The notes beneath the pieces are model-generated. The model was not told where the DNA came from, did not search any database, and saw nothing but the letters and a program-made list of their open reading frames with translations. The position numbers and the translations under genes are program-made. A DNA stretch of 64,000 bases from the human T2T-CHM13v2.0 reference genome, Homo sapiens. The first letter of the stretch is position 1. Each line of letters begins with the position of its first letter. The DNA is taken from assembly GCF_009914755.1 (NCBI RefSeq), contig NC_060946.1; one strand, written 5' to 3'. Positions 18,589-39,275 of this stretch are shown one piece after another.

Positions 18589-18787
18589 CAGGCGTGTTCA
18601 ATCTTTTGGCTTCCCTGGGACACACTAGAAGAACTGTCTTGAGCCATACATAAAATACACCAATGATGATAAAAAAAATCACAAAAAACTCATAATGCTT
18701 TTAGAAAGTTTATGAATTTGTTTAGGGCTGCACTGAAAGCCATATTGGGCCACATGCAGCCTGTAGGTCATGAGTTGGACAAGCTTG
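18589..18787. mobile_element. MER30 non-autonomous hAT-Charlie DNA transposon
   Basis: caggcgtgttcaatcttttggcttccctggg...gggccacatgcagcctgt...gagttggacaagcttg, with terminal inverted repeats. Confidence 0.85.
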
Positions 18788-18989
18788 ATATACTGTCATT
18801 TATTTTAGCTGCACACTCAAGACTAAGGCCAAGGGCTTTCAGAGAAAATAGCGTATAGGATGTCAGGAGACCTGTTATAGAAACATTCACCCCTATGTCT
18901 AAAGGGGACAAAATTCTATGTCTTCCACCCTTAATTCCAACCATTAACCAAAACTGGAGAAATCTAACACGGCATTATATCACAAAGTA

Positions 18990-21745
18990 CTTTATTATTT
19001 TTATTTTGGATTCAAGGATACATGTGCAGATTTGTAACATAGGTATACTGCATGACATTGGGGTTTGGGCAATTAATAATCCCATTGCCCAGGTAGTGTA
19101 CATTATACATGATAAGTACTTTTTAACCCTTGTACCCCTTCTCCCTCCGTTTTGGAATCCTTAGTGTTTATTGTTCTCATCATTGCTTCCGTGTGTACCC
19201 AATGTTTAGCTTCCATTTATAAGTGAGAAAAAGTAGTATTTGGTTTTCTGTTCTGTGTTAATTTGCTTAGGATCATGACCTTGAGCTGCATCCATGTTGC
19301 TGCAAAGAGTATTACAAGATTCTTCTTCAGTGGCTGCATAGTATTGGATGGTGTGTAATTACCTAATTTTTAAAATCCATCTTAAGATTTATGAGCACAT
19401 GGTTTCATTCCATGTTTTTGCTATTGTGACTAGTGCTGCAATAAACATACGAGTGCAGTGTATTTTTGGAAGAAAAATTTATTTGTATTTGGGTATATGC
19501 CCAGTGGTGAGGCTGCTGGGTCAAATGGTAACTTTAGTTTTAGTCATTTGAGAAATCCCCAAAATGCATTCTACAGGAGCTGAACTAATTTGCATTCCCA
19601 CTAAGTATATCAGGGTTCTCTTTTCTACACAATTTTAATATCTGTTTTTTTTTTTTTTTTTTTACTTTTTAATAATAGTCATTTAGACTGGGGTGAGATG
19701 GTATCACATTGTAGTTTGGATTTACATCTCTCTAATCATTAGAAATGTTGATCCATTTTTCATATGTTTGATGGCTGCTTTTCTTGTCTTTTAAAAGTAT
19801 ATGTTCACATTTTTTGTCAATATTTTTTCTTAAATTCCTTATAAAACATATATATTAGTTATTTGTTGTATGCAGTTTACACATATTTTAGCCCATACTG
19901 TAGGTTGTCTGTTTATTTTGTTAATAGTTTCTCTTGCTGTGCAGGTCACAATTTTTATTTTTTATTTTTGTTGCTTTCACTTTTGAGGATGTAGTCATTA
20001 ATTCTTTACAGAGACCAATGCCAAGGAGAGAATTTTCTAGGTGTTCTTTTAGGATTTTTATAGGTTGAACTCTTACAGATATGTCTTTATTGTATCTTGA
20101 GTTAATTTTCCATATCATGAGTCGAGTTTTCCTCTTCTGCATATGACTAACCAGTTTTTCCAGCACCTTTTATTGGGTAGGGAGTTCTTTCCATTTGTTT
20201 CTGTTGATGCTGTCAAAAATCAATTAATTGTAAGAGTTCAGCTTCATTTCAGGGCTCTCTCTTCTGTTCAATAGGGATATGTGTGTGTGTGTATCTGCAT
20301 CCATATTATATTGATTACCGTAACTTGTGGTAAAGTTTGAAGTTTGGTAACATAATGTCTCCAGGTTTATACTTTTTGTTTAGTATGGCCTTGGCTATTT
20401 GAGCTTTTTTGTTTACATATAAATTTTAGAATAGTTTTTTTGTCTAATTTTATAAAAAATGGCATTGGTAGAGTGATAGAAATACAAATAAACTGTCAAT
20501 TGCTTTGGGCAGTATGAAATTTTTAATAATTCTAATCCATTAGCATGAAATACTATTCCATTTATTTGCACTGTGCCTGATTTCTTTCAGTAGTGGTTTG
20601 TAGTTCTTCTAGTAGAGATATTTAACCTCCTTTGTTTAATGGATCACTATTTTATTTTTTGTTTCTGGCTATTGTAAACTGGATTGTGTTCTTAATTTTG
20701 CTCTGCTTAAGTGTTACTGGTGTATAGAAATGTTCCTCATTTTTGAATGTTGTTTTGCTTTTTGTTGTTGTTGCTGAGATTTTGCTGAAGTCTTTTATTA
20801 GGCTTAGGAGTCTTTTGGAGGAGTCTTTGAAGTTGGTAGAAAATTATAGCATCAGTAAAGACAGATAAGTTGATTTCCTTTTCTCTTATTTGAGTGCTTT
20901 TCCTTTCTTTATCTTGCCTGATTGTTCTGGCTAAAACTTTCAGGACTATGTTGAATAGGAGTGGTGGAAGTGCACATTCTTTTCTTATTTCAGTTTTTAG
21001 GAAGGATGCATTAATCTTTCGCCTGTTCAGTATGATGTTGGCTGAGGATTTGTCTCATGTGGCTGTTATTATTTTGAGGTATGTTCCTTCAATGCCTAGT
21101 TTTTTGAGAATTCTTTTCATAAATAGATATTACATTTTATTAATTGCTATTTCCACATCTATTGAGGTAATGTGGTTTTGTTTTTAAATTATTTTTATAT
21201 GTTGAATCACATTTATAGATTGCACATGTTAAAACATTCCTGCATTCACAGAATAATGTCCACATAGTTGCAGTGAAATAACTTTGATTTCCTGACTCAG
21301 TTTGCAAGCATTTCATGAATAATTTTTGTGTCTGTATTCATCAGGGATATTGGCCTGTAATTTTTTGTGTGTGTCTTTACCTGATTAATATATCAAGATG
21401 AGACTGATATGATAGAATTAATTAGGAAGGAGTCCCACTTTGATTTTTTGGAATACTTTCTGTAGAATTATAGCTGACTCATTTTTGTATACATGATAAA
21501 ATCATGCTGTGAATGCATCTGGTTTAGCACTTTTTATAATTGGTAGATTTTTTTTATCACCAATTCAATTTGCTTACACATTTTGGTTTCTTCAAGATTT
21601 GTTTATTCCTGATTCAATCTTGGGAGGTTGTATATTTCTAAGAGTTTATTCATTTCCTCTAGACTTTCTAGTTGGTGTGCACAGAGATATATATAGTAGT
21701 CTGCAAGTATGTTTTGTATTTTTGTGGGATTGGTTGTCACAAATG
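18990..21745 (-). mobile_element. L1PB/L1PREC-type element, 3' end at left
   Basis: ggatacatgtgcagatttgtaacataggt 3' end; antisense ORF2 (NKLLEIYNLPRLNQE; ttcaggactatgttgaataggagtggtg). Confidence 0.85.
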
Positions 21746-21749
21746 TAAC

Positions 21750-24240
<2,491 letters not shown>

Positions 24241-24979
24241 ATTTATAAAAACTATTAAAAATGACAATGTTTCAAATTCTGTCCTGTGTTTTTGTCGTAA
24301 ACCTGTCTGAATAGTATGAAAGATACAGTTTCTGTGCTGTTTTGTCACCTAGTCAGTCATGACCATATGAACTCTAATATTTACCACCATGTTCGGGAAC
24401 CAGCACAGAGCATGGGAGAAGCCAATGTACCTTAGGGCTTTTATTTTGAGCTTGGGACAACTGGAGTTTCTGGTGCTGGTGGTAATGATAGGGAAGACAC
24501 AAAAAGGGCAGCTCTTGCTGTGTTTCACATGATTAAACCACTCTGAAGAGAGTAAATAAGTTTGCATCCCAGACCACTGAAGACATTTTTTAACTCAAAA
24601 GATGCCATGATCTTTAAAATTTTTCGAGATAAAATGACCAAGGAGTTGACTAGTTAGGTGACAAAGACTGAAACCTCTAAATTGTAAACTGCACCCAATA
24701 AAAAAGTACATTATACAAGTGTGAGAAATTCCTCAAGATTTTAACATTAATATGAAAAAGATTATTTCACAAGTGAAATCCACAGGTGTCATTCTATTAT
24801 TTTCGAATATTTAACATTCACACCAAAATAAAAGATTCTGAATGAAAACTTAAGTTGAGCTGTAAGTATGTAATAAAAAATTAAATTTAACATTCTCCAC
24901 TTAACATTAACTCTTCTAAAAGTTTAATTTCTAAGACATATCTTCTAACTAATTTTATATTTTCCATACCTTGTGTTAA

Positions 24980-25272
24980 TTTTTTTTTTTTTTGAGATGA
25001 AGTCTCACTCTATCATCAGGCTGGAATGCAGTTGCACAATCTCAGTTCACTGCAACCTCTGTCTCCTGGGTTCAAGCGATTTTCCTGCCTCAGCCTCCTG
25101 AATGGCTAGGTCAACATGTGCATGCCACCATGCCCAGCTAATTTTTGTATTTTTAGTGGAGATGGGGTTTCACCATATTGTCCAGGAAGGTCTCAACTTC
25201 TTGACCTAGTGATTCTCCCACCTCAGCCTCCCAAAGTGCTGGGATTATAGGTGTGAGCTACCACACACAGAC
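24980..25272 (-). mobile_element. AluS
   Basis: Antisense Alu; TSD tgtgttaa. Confidence 0.88.
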
Positions 25273-25947
25273 TGTGTTAAAATTTGATAAAAGTTTGGTT
25301 TTACAAAGACAAGAAATTCTGACTGATTTATTCCTCTCACCTGTGAACACTCCATGCCTTTTATCTCAATTAACAGATCTGAAAGTTACATTGACAAACT
25401 TTCATCAGAACCTACAAAGTACTGTGTGAAGTGGCATGGCACAAAACAAACAGCAATAAAGATGTAGCCATAACACAAAGAATAAAAAGAAGGGCTGTGA
25501 TGCATACACAGTTGGGATAAACATAAGTAGACACACAAACAAAACTAAAGATAATCAGAAAATAAGCAGAATGTCTCTTTAAATTCAGAAAGAGACAATT
25601 TTGCAGCATAAGAACAGTGTCCTCTCCATATACAGAATTGATTTTCTTTCTTCACCATGCGTATTTCTTTATTTTTACTTGGAGCTACAAACTAACTCCA
25701 GCAGAAATATTTGTGGCCAATAATGGTGCATCAGCAAGCATTGTGTTTGCTACATTTACATATCAAAATATCTTTATGACTTATGAAGCCTCCCCAGTAT
25801 TTACCTAAACAAATTGGCTGAATGAATAAATTAACCTATGTCAATTATAAAGAGTAAAAGGAACAATAATAAAGGAAACTTAGCTTACACAGGCTTCTCC
25901 AATTAAAATAACAAAATGGGATGTTCTAACTAAATGAAATATAAGTT

Positions 25948-26275
<328 letters not shown>

Positions 26276-27949
26276 TTAATACACTCATTGTGAAATAACA
26301 TTGAAAAATTATTTTGCGTGCATTAGTAAATTTTATAAAAATTCTTAGAATACCTGAGCAACTCACATAATGAATACTTAATAAATTATAAACACAAAAA
26401 ATATGAAAAAAATATCAGTCTACCATGAGTACCAGGCACATGAAAGAAAGAATTTGCATGGAAAGATTCGGAAAAGCAATCCATAAGACTTCACAGTAAT
26501 TAATTAAATAAAATACAGAGAATACAGATATTCAAAATCACTGAGGTTTCTCATCTTCTAGTAAACTATTTGTCCACTTTATTAAAGCGATATTTTGTTC
26601 CAATATTTCTTGTCTTCTGAAAATAGGTACACTCACACTCACACAATTACTTGCCCCACAATTTTCTTACACCTAATGTTTATCTTAAGAGTAATATATT
26701 TGTATATTTAGCATCACGTAAGTAAAAACTAACAGTCTGTATGAGTTTACAGGCAGAGAGGCCACTTGTTCAAAATATATATGACCAATTTTTAAAAATA
26801 TTTATTCAGGACTTAGAAATGTGAGATTTCTTATTATACTACTATGTAATTATTATTATGACCATAAAAAAACCTCTGTAGCAAGTAATAATTTACTTGT
26901 ACATTTTAAAACAACTAAAAATGTTTAATTGGATTGTCTGTAACACACACAAAACATGCATTACGTAATGAATACCTCATTTACTCTGATGTGATTACAA
27001 GTTGTATGCCTGTATGAAAATATTCTATATATGCCATAAATAGGTAAACAATACTATGTTCCTACAAAAATTTAAAACGTTAAACAAATGTACATTTTAC
27101 CCATTGAAACAATACTCTTAAACCTTTCAGTTTAATGCCACAGGCAAAAGAGATTGCTAGAGAGGTCATTCTACTATGTTACCATCTTTTATCTACATCT
27201 TTAACAAGGTGGGACACGTTAAAGTTGGTGACATAGCACTTTACTAAATGCAGGTCTTAAAAAGTTTAAAACTATTTCATTTAATTTAAAAGCTAAGTTA
27301 TCACAGTCTTATAAAAGAATTTTAAAATTCCCTACATTTTATTGCATAAAAGTACAATTGGTAAAACAATTTACTACTAAAACAAAGTTTTCCTCTCACT
27401 ATAATGCAGAATATCACTCTAAACACATAACTCATGTATCACATGAACAATGTTAAAAGTCAGACATAAAGAGCCTCTCCAATTAGATTTTCAATATGCA
27501 TCTTACATTTTAATATCCTTACTCTTCCATGGAAAAGTTAATGAATGATGCCTACCTAATAAGAAGGGAATTTCTCAGATTTCTGATGCAACAGAAATTG
27601 ATGACATGCTTTTACACAAACAACAGGAAAAAAGGAACAGCATGAAGCAATTTTACAGTTGAATTACCTTACTATTTGCTTTTCAAAAAATCTACATTTT
27701 TTTCAAGGAAAAACGTATACCTTGAATGTAATTATAACTCCAAAAAATAATCTTCCACTCCTCTTAAACTTATATACAAATAAATTATCCAACAGTTTTA
27801 GCTTTGGATTACTTTCTATACAGAACATTCTGATTTAGTGTAACGTCTTAAGTGCCAGTGCCTTAGTTCTACCTACTGTGAATTTTCTAAAGTTTACAAA
27901 GACTTAATTTTGACTAAATATTTTTACACATGTGTTCCCTCTGCAAAAA

Positions 27950-31066
<3,117 letters not shown>

Positions 31067-31868
31067 TTAAGTGTGTTCAGTGTACCAGTTGAACAAAATG
31101 CCACAAGCCACACTGAATGGATAGAAAAGTTTGTTACGTTTGCCCAACACCTTTCCTCCTCCATAATGCAGCATGGCACTTTTAGAAGTAAACTGCAATG
31201 CCTGGCATCTTCCTCAACATAGAAAAAAAAACACTGGCTCATGTATTTTTACTTCTGGCTTCTGGGCACTTTTATAGAGATTTGTTTCTGTCTCCAATGA
31301 CAAAATGTGCTGAAAGAAATGATGGTATACTTTGAAATAACAGCTTGAGTCTGCTGAGAAGAAAGGTAAATGTTACAGCAACAAACTACAGTACCACAGA
31401 CATGCAATACATACAGGAAGTAATTACAGACTGTTAAGAAACACAGGCAAACCCCTTTAACTAAATAATCAACACAAAATTCCACACAAGACACATCATA
31501 ACATATTTGATAGGCTCCCAGAATCTCTAGTAGAGACAATTGGTTTCAGACTATGTTAGGACAACACAGCATTATAAAGATTGTGACAGGTACCTGTTTG
31601 TTAATGTCCAAATCTCAACCAAAGAGTACAATACATACAAAATATTACAGTGACATGGCCTAAGTAAAAAAAAAAAACAGAAAAAAACCCTCAAAACTGT
31701 CAGAAGACAACCATGAAAATGAAGGCATACACTTTAATTTTAAAAATTTAACTTACATGGGAACACAGGTAACTAAATAAAATCAGGAAAAAATATAATA
31801 TCAAGGAAAAGATGAAAAATATAATAGAAATTATAGAAGTAGAAAATAGAAATAGAAATATTGACTGA

Positions 31869-32153
31869 GGCCAGCTGTAGTGGCTCATGTCTGTAGTCCC
31901 AGCACTTTGGAGTTTGAGGCAGGCAGATCACTTGAACCTTGGGAGTTCAAGTTTAAACTGGGAAACATGGCAATACTTCTCTTCTATAAAAATTAAAATT
32001 AGTCAGGTGTATTGGCACACACCTGTGGTCCCAGTAAACAGGAGGCTGAGTTAGGAGGACCACGTAAGCCTAGGGAATCCAAGGCTGCAGTAAGCTGCAA
32101 TCATGCCACTGTACTCAAACCTGGGTGACAGAGCAAGACACTCTCTCAAAAAA
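31869..32153 (+). mobile_element. AluJ
   Basis: Diverged Alu with the J-type ggaggaccac..aagcctaggg..ccaaggctgcag segment. Confidence 0.8.
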
Positions 32154-33491
32154 TTAAGAATACCTGAGAAATTCTCAAAAGTAAGAAAATAAGGTTGTAA
32201 AAATGAAGAAGCTCAACATACTAAAACTAGGAAACTCACAGATCCATAACAAGATATGCAAAGCAAAGCTCCCAAAGTCACAGACAAGAAGAGAATCTCA
32301 AATGCTGGAAAATACATAATTATGGTTCTATGATATAACCAGTGACTCTTTTAACAAAAACCTTACAGGCCAGAAGGAAATTGTGTGCTATAGTCGAGGT
32401 GCCAAGTGAAAAATAGCGTCTATGTAAGAATAAGATAACCAGCAAAACAGTGCTACAAAAATGAAGAAAAAGGAAAGACCTCTAAAGATAACCAAATGTG
32501 GAAAAATTATATCAATGCTACATGTGCCCTACAAAAAATGCTGAGAAGAGTCCTCCTACTAAAACTATATGATGCTAAAAAACAAAACTATCATATAAAA
32601 ATAGGTAGTTTTCTAGGAAAGATATAAAGATATGCAAATATTATAGAAAAATATCCTGTAGCATTATCATAATACCAAAAAATGTCTTATTTAATTATTC
32701 TCTAAAATTTAAAGATAAAAGCTAAAAATAATAATGAGCATCTGTTAACAGATATATAACATAAATAGATATGTTTAGTGACATCAATAACTAAGGTGAG
32801 GACAGATGTAATAAGAAATAATTTGTGCATGAACCCGAATTTAAATTTCACCACTTCAAAATATATTGTTGAAATTTTAAGAGGTTTTTATATAATCCTG
32901 AAGACACCCACAAAGAAAATGTCTGTATAGATACAAAAAAGGAAGTAAGAAAGAAGTGACAGCCTATCCATACAAAAATTAAAAAGGACACAAAGGAAGA
33001 TAGAATGAGAAACAGACATACAAGAATCATTAAACAATAAAATAACAATAATCTTTTTCTTCAGAAAATAAATATTTTAAAAATAGATTTGCCAATCAAT
33101 ACACATACATTGAATAGAGAGATTATATAAAATTTTATATACCAAGATCCAACTTGCCTTTCTTCAAGAGTCACTTGAGATCTATACATTGTAAGTCAAC
33201 AACTCTCTTATTTTATAAAATATATTTTATGTCAAAATTCACAAGAGAAAAAAGGTCTTTAAACAATAATAAAGATATCATTTATTGAAAACGTATGACA
33301 AATATGTGCATACATATATTTATATGTTTGCGTGTGTATGTGTATTTCTCACATTAGGTTTCCAAAAATACAAAGCAAAAATTGACCGAATGAAAGCAAC
33401 AAATAGAGAGCAATATAATTATAATAAGATATTTTAATACTTCAATTTCTGCAACGAACAATAAAACAAAACAATATTAATAATGGAAAAG

Positions 33492-34122
33492 GGGTCCAGG
33501 TACGGTGGCTCACGCCTGTCATCCCAGCACTTTGAGAGGCCAAGGCAGGCGATCACGGGGTCAGGAGATGGAGACCATCCTGGCTAACACGATGAAACCC
33601 GGTCTCTACTGAAAATACAAAAAAATTAGCAGGGCATGTTGGCAGGTACCTGTAATCCCAGGTGTTCAGGAGGCTGAGGCAGGAGAATGGCATGAACCCA
33701 GGAGGTGGAGCTTGCAGTGAGACGAGATCGCACCACTGTACTCCAGCCTGGGTGAGAGCAAGACTCTGTCTCAAAAAAAAAAAAAAAAAAAAAAAATGGA
33801 AAAGAGAAACTGAAAGCAGTACAGATGGGAACAAGTGGCTCATGCTTGTAATTCCAGCACTTTGGGAGGCCAATGAAGACAGATTACCTGAGGTAAGGAG
33901 TTTGAGACCAGCCTGGCCAACATGGCAAATCCCCATCTCTACTAAAAATAGCCAGATGCGGTAGCAGGCGCCTGTAATCCCAGCTACTCAGGAGGCTAAG
34001 ACAGGAGAATTGCTTGAACCAGGGAAGTGGGGTTTGCAATGAATCGAGATTGCGTCACTGCAATCTAGCCTCGGCGACAGAGCAAGACTCCATCTCAAAA
34101 AGAAAAAAATATACAAAAAAAG
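33492..34122 (+). mobile_element. Two tandem Alus (AluY 33492-33796; AluS 33826-34122)
   Basis: Two consecutive sense Alus, each with an A-tail. Confidence 0.9.
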
Positions 34123-34753
34123 AAGTATAAAACAATATTATGCCTAACAACACCCCTTAACAATAGCAGGGTACAACCATTCTCAATAGCTCACATATAT
34201 TCTCTTTGATAAACTGCCTGTTAGGCCATGATAAAAATAAAAACTTACTAAATCTTTAAAAATTGAAATTGATAGATTACTTTTTATGACCAAAATGGAA
34301 TGAGAGTAGAAATCAACAAAAACAAAACTAAAAAATTTACAAATACATGAAAATTAAACAACACACTCTTCAGCATGATCAAAGGGTAAAATAATTAATA
34401 TTCAGCGTGATCAAAGAGCAAAATAATTAATATTGTGAAGATGCCCATACTGCTCAGTGTAATCTACAGATTTAATGCAATCCCTTTCAAATATCTAATT
34501 TTATTTTAGAAGAAATAGAAAAAGCAACACCAAAATTATATGAAATTTTAAGAAACAATGAAACACCCAATAATCTTCAAAGAGAGGAACAACCTTGGAG
34601 GCATCACAACTCCCTGATTTCAAAACACATTGTATAGACTTAAAACAATTTGGTTTCGTTATAAAAAGTGAACTAGACCAAATAAACAGAATGTAGTATC
34701 ATTATAAACTCTCACACATATAATCACAGGAAGAGTTATTTGCACATCCATAA

Positions 34754-35049
34754 TTTTTTTTTTTTTTAAATGGAGACTCGCTCTGTTGCCCAGGCTGGAG
34801 TGCAGTGTCACAATCTAGGCTCACTGCAACCTCCAGCTTCGAGGTTCATGCCATTCTCCTGCCTCAGCTTCCCAAGTAGCTGGGACTGTAGGTGCCCGCC
34901 ACCATGCCCGGCTAATTTTTTGGTATTGTTAGTGGAGATGGGGTTTCACCGTGTTAGCCAGGATGGTCTCGATCTCCTGACTTTATGATCCACCCATCTT
35001 GGCCTCCCAAAGTGCTGTGATTACAGGTGTGAGCCACTGCTCCCGGCTG
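34754..35049 (-). mobile_element. AluY-like
   Basis: Antisense Alu; TSD gcacatccataatttt. Confidence 0.92.
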
Positions 35050-35191
35050 CACATCCATAATTTTTACAGCATTGTTATTGACAGGCAATAGGTGAAAGCA
35101 ATGCAAATTTTTCTCCCCAGATTACTGGATAAATATAATTTGAAACATAAAAATAATGGAATATTACTCAGTATTTAAAAACAGGAAATAC

Positions 35192-35481
35192 AGGTGGGGC
35201 ACACTGGCTCACACTTGTAATCCCAGAACTTTGGGAGGCCGAGGTGGGTGAATCACCTGAGTTTGGGAGTTCGAGACCAGCCTTTCCAACATGGAAAAAC
35301 CCTCTCTCTACTTACAAAAATTAGCCGGGCATGGTGGTGCATGCCTGTAATCCAAGCCTCCTCTCAGGAGGCTGAGGAAGGAGAATGGCTTGAACTTGGG
35401 AGGCGGATATTGTGGTGTGCTGAGATCGCTGCACTGCACTCCAGCCTGGGCAACAAGGGTGAAACTCCGTCTAAAAAAAAA
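35192..35481 (+). mobile_element. AluS (Sp/Sq-like)
   Basis: gggagttcgagaccagcc...gggcaacaagggtgaaactccgtc. Confidence 0.88.
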
Positions 35482-36193
35482 GGAAATATTCTAACAACCA
35501 TAATAAACTTTCATGAAATTATGCAAAATAACATAGGTCAGCCACAAAAAATACTGTATGAATCCACTTACATGAGATATTTAAAGCAGTTAGACTCAAA
35601 AACAGGAAAACAGAATTGTTCATAAAGGGCCAGAAAATGGGAGAAATGAGTAGTTGTTTAATGTGTATTCAGTTTTAGTTTTGCAAGACAAAAACATTCT
35701 AGAGATATATTGTATAATAATGTCCAAATAATTAATATAAACTACACACTTCTTTTAAATTAAGATTCTAAATTTTATGTTCTTGATAATTAAAAATAAA
35801 CAGTAATAATACCTAAAAAAGGGACTAAATTGATAGTTTTTAAAATTACCTTCAAATCAAAAAAGTGTTTCTCCTACACAAAAATAAATTCCCAAATAGA
35901 TACTAGAAGTAGGAGAGTTTTTATGACTACTCAGATAAAACCATCATTGATCACTCACAAACATACAAGTCATAAACAATACAGAAATAATATGTGTATA
36001 CACAAACAAATAAATTATTATATTAGTTATAGACATATGACTGATTCGTATTTAACTTTGGCTCCACACTGTCTTAAAGTGTACAGAGTTGAATATTGTC
36101 ATTCACAATTATCATACAAAATAAAATCTAAAAACACAATTAACTGATGTGAGGTGGTGTACTCCAAAATATGAAACAAAAAAGAAATAAAAT

Positions 36194-36520
36194 TGGTTGG
36201 GCGTGGTGGCTCACGCCTGTAATCCCAGCACTTTGGGAGGCTGAGGGGGGCGGATCACGAGGTCAGGAGATCGAGACCATCCTGACTAACACGGTGAAAC
36301 CCCGTCTCTACTAAAAAATACCAAAAATTAGCTGGGCATGGTGGCGGGCACCTGTAGTCCCAGCTACTCAGGAGGCTGAGGCAGGAGAATGGCGTGAACC
36401 TGGGAGGCAGAGCTTGCAGTGAGCGGAGATCGTGCCACTGCACTCCAGTCTGGGCGACAGAGCCAGACTCCATCTCAAAAAATATATATATAAAATAAAG
36501 TGAAATGAAATAAAATAAAA
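36194..36520 (+). mobile_element. AluY
   Basis: ggatcacgaggtcaggagatcgagaccatcc...agaatggcgtgaacc; TSD aaataaaattg. Confidence 0.93.
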
Positions 36521-37214
36521 TTGCAAAACAAAATGAAAACATGGAATGTTAAACTTACTGAACACCATTAACTAGATTACTACGTTTGGAAAAGAAATCT
36601 TAGAAGACAAATGTAGGGAAAAAGTAGTAGAGGGGTTATTTGAAGATAAAAGAGGATGAGAACTTTCCAAATTTTTATGTGATAAAAGAAAAACTAATAC
36701 CAATCAATACTGTTTGCTTTGAAATTATTTGGAATTATTCTGGAATTAAAAATAAGGAAACAATAAAGAACTTACAAAATAAACAAAAGGTGAAGGTATT
36801 TATCACCACTGGCATGGTCCCACAAGAAATGCTACATGGTGGCCAGGCACCAGTGGCTCATGTCTGTAATCCCAGAGACTTGGGAGGCCAAGGCAGGCAG
36901 ATTAGTTGAGGCTAAGAGTTCAAGATGAGCCTGAGTAACATAGTGAGATGCTGTTTATTTTTTTAATGCCCAAAAGAGTCCATATGTTGAAAAATATAAT
37001 GATGCTGAACAGTATTAAAAAACTACATGAAACTATAAAGCTTTCTGTTAAATGTAAATATATAAACACATATACAATTGTTTACTACCATAATCATGAA
37101 GCAAAATTTCTGAAAATTCTGCTGTAGAATTTGAACAAAAAAATCTGCATAAATCTGTTAATAGACACACAATATAAAATAATATTTGTAATAATAAAAA
37201 ACTACAGGATGTAA

Positions 37215-37526
37215 GCTTGGGTGCAATGGCTCATGCCTGTAATCCCAGCACTTTGGGAGGCCGAGATGGGTGGATCATGAAGTCAGGAGTTCAAGACCAG
37301 CTTGGCTAAGATGGTGAAACCCCATCTCTACTAAAAATATGAAAAATTAGCCAGTCGTAGTGGTGGGTGCCTGTAATCTCAGCTACTCGGGAGGCAGAGG
37401 CAGAGCATTGCTTGAACCTGGGAGGCAGAGGTTGCAGTGAGCCGAGATCACACCACTGCACTCCAGCCTGGGTGACAGAGTGAGACTCCATCTCAAAATC
37501 AAAACAAAACAAACAAACAAAAAAAC
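37215..37526 (+). mobile_element. AluS
   Basis: Full Alu; TSD actacaggatgtaa. Confidence 0.9.
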
Positions 37527-38429
37527 CACTACAGGATGTAAAGAGGTATAGTTTTTGTATTCAACTGAAGTTATGACATAGTAATATAGTTATAACTTTA
37601 AAATGTTTTACATAATCTCCAACTACCAAAATAATTACAAGTTTATAGAAAGTATGCAATACAAAATGAGAAAGGAAACAAAGCATAACACTACAAAATC
37701 AAAAAAGCAAAAATTAAGACAGTAAAATAGGAAATTATGGAAAACATCTCTACAAGAAACACAGAAAATAATAACAATCAAAATGGTAATAGTAACTTCA
37801 TTTCTCTAAGGAATCATTTTAAATGTAAATTGATTAAACTAATAGTAAGAAATTAAATGGCTGAATGGAATAAGAACAAACAAAATTACACAATATGCAA
37901 CAAATCACACAATATTCTTGTTTGAACTTGGTGTACTCTGTTAGGACATGTAACAAGCCTTAAGTTTAAGAAGACTAATCAGATGTGGTGGCTCATGCCT
38001 GTAGCCCCAGCACTTTGAGAGGCCAGGACTGGAAGATTGCTTGAGACCAGGATTTCAAGAGACTCACTTTAACTTTGAGTCAAATAGGTTGAAAGAAAGA
38101 GAATGAAAAAACATATTCCATGCAAAAGTATCCACAATTAAGTGAGGTGGTCATAATTATATTAAACAAAATATGCTGTAAATCAAAAACTAGCATGAGG
38201 TAAAGATTGTTACTATATAATGATAACATTGATCATTTACCAGGAATCTATAACTATGATATTTATTTAAAAGATCAGTGTTCCAAAATATATAAAGCTA
38301 ATATTGACAGAAGTGAAGCAAAAAATACATAGCAACATAATAATTACAGACATTAAGACCCCACTTTAATAATGAGTGAAAGTTTAGATAAAACATCAAT
38401 GAGAATAAAACCTGGATGACATTATAAAT

Positions 38430-38841
38430 TGTATTAATTGATTTTGTATTGCAATAAGTACCTAAGACTGTGTAATTTATAAAGAAAAAAGATTTATTTT
38501 CTTCATAGTTATGCACAATGTACAATAAGTGTGGTGCCAGCTTCTGCATCTGGTGAGGGTCTAAGTAAGCTTACAATCATGATGAAGGCAAAGAGAAACC
38601 AGATATATTGCATGGGGAGAGAGAGAGCAAGCGTGAAAAGAAAGTGCCAGGTTCTTTAAGCACGCAGCTCTCATGTGAATTAACAGAGTAAGAACTCATT
38701 GATCACCAAGGGGATGGTGCAAAGTCATTTACAAGAGATTTTCCCCCATGACCCAAACACATCACACAAGGATCCACGTCCTACATTGGGAATCCCATTT
38801 CAACATGAGATTTGAAGGCTACAAACATCCAAATCATATCA
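38430..38841 (-). mobile_element. MST-type MaLR solo LTR
   Basis: tgtatta...acctaagactgtgtaatttataaagaaaa...ttacaatcatgatgaaggcaaag...ttcaacatgagatttg...atatca. Confidence 0.8.
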
Positions 38842-38970
38842 TAGACCAACTACAAATTAAAAATATGTACAGGAATCTCCAGTAAAAGGAACAGATCACA
38901 CAATATTCTTGCTTGAACTTGGTGCATTCTGTTGGGACACATAAAAAGTATTATTAAGTTTAAGAAGACT

Positions 38971-39275
38971 GGCCAGGTGTGGTGGCTCATGCCTGTAGCC
39001 CCCAGCACCTTGGGAGAAAAAACCACTCGAGACCAGGATTTCAAAACCAGCCTTGGCAATATAGTGAGAACCCGCATTTCTACAAAAAAATCAAAAAACT
39101 AGCCAGACGTGACAGCACACGTATGTAGTCCCAACTACTTGGGATGCTGAGGTGGGAAGATTATTTGAGCCTCGGAGGTTGAGGCTGCAGTGAGCCAAGA
39201 TTGTACCACTAGCACTCCAGCCTGAGTGGCACAGTGAGAATCTGTCTGTCAATAACAACAAAAATAAATAAATAA
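38971..39275 (+). mobile_element. AluJ
   Basis: Diverged Alu with tgagcctcggaggttgaggctgcagtgagcc. Confidence 0.8.

Noticed and set aside
27338-27343. ZNF polyadenylation signal (AATAAA on minus strand)
   Set aside because: Position is plausible, but the hexamer is common in this AT-rich DNA and cannot be supported without transcript data.
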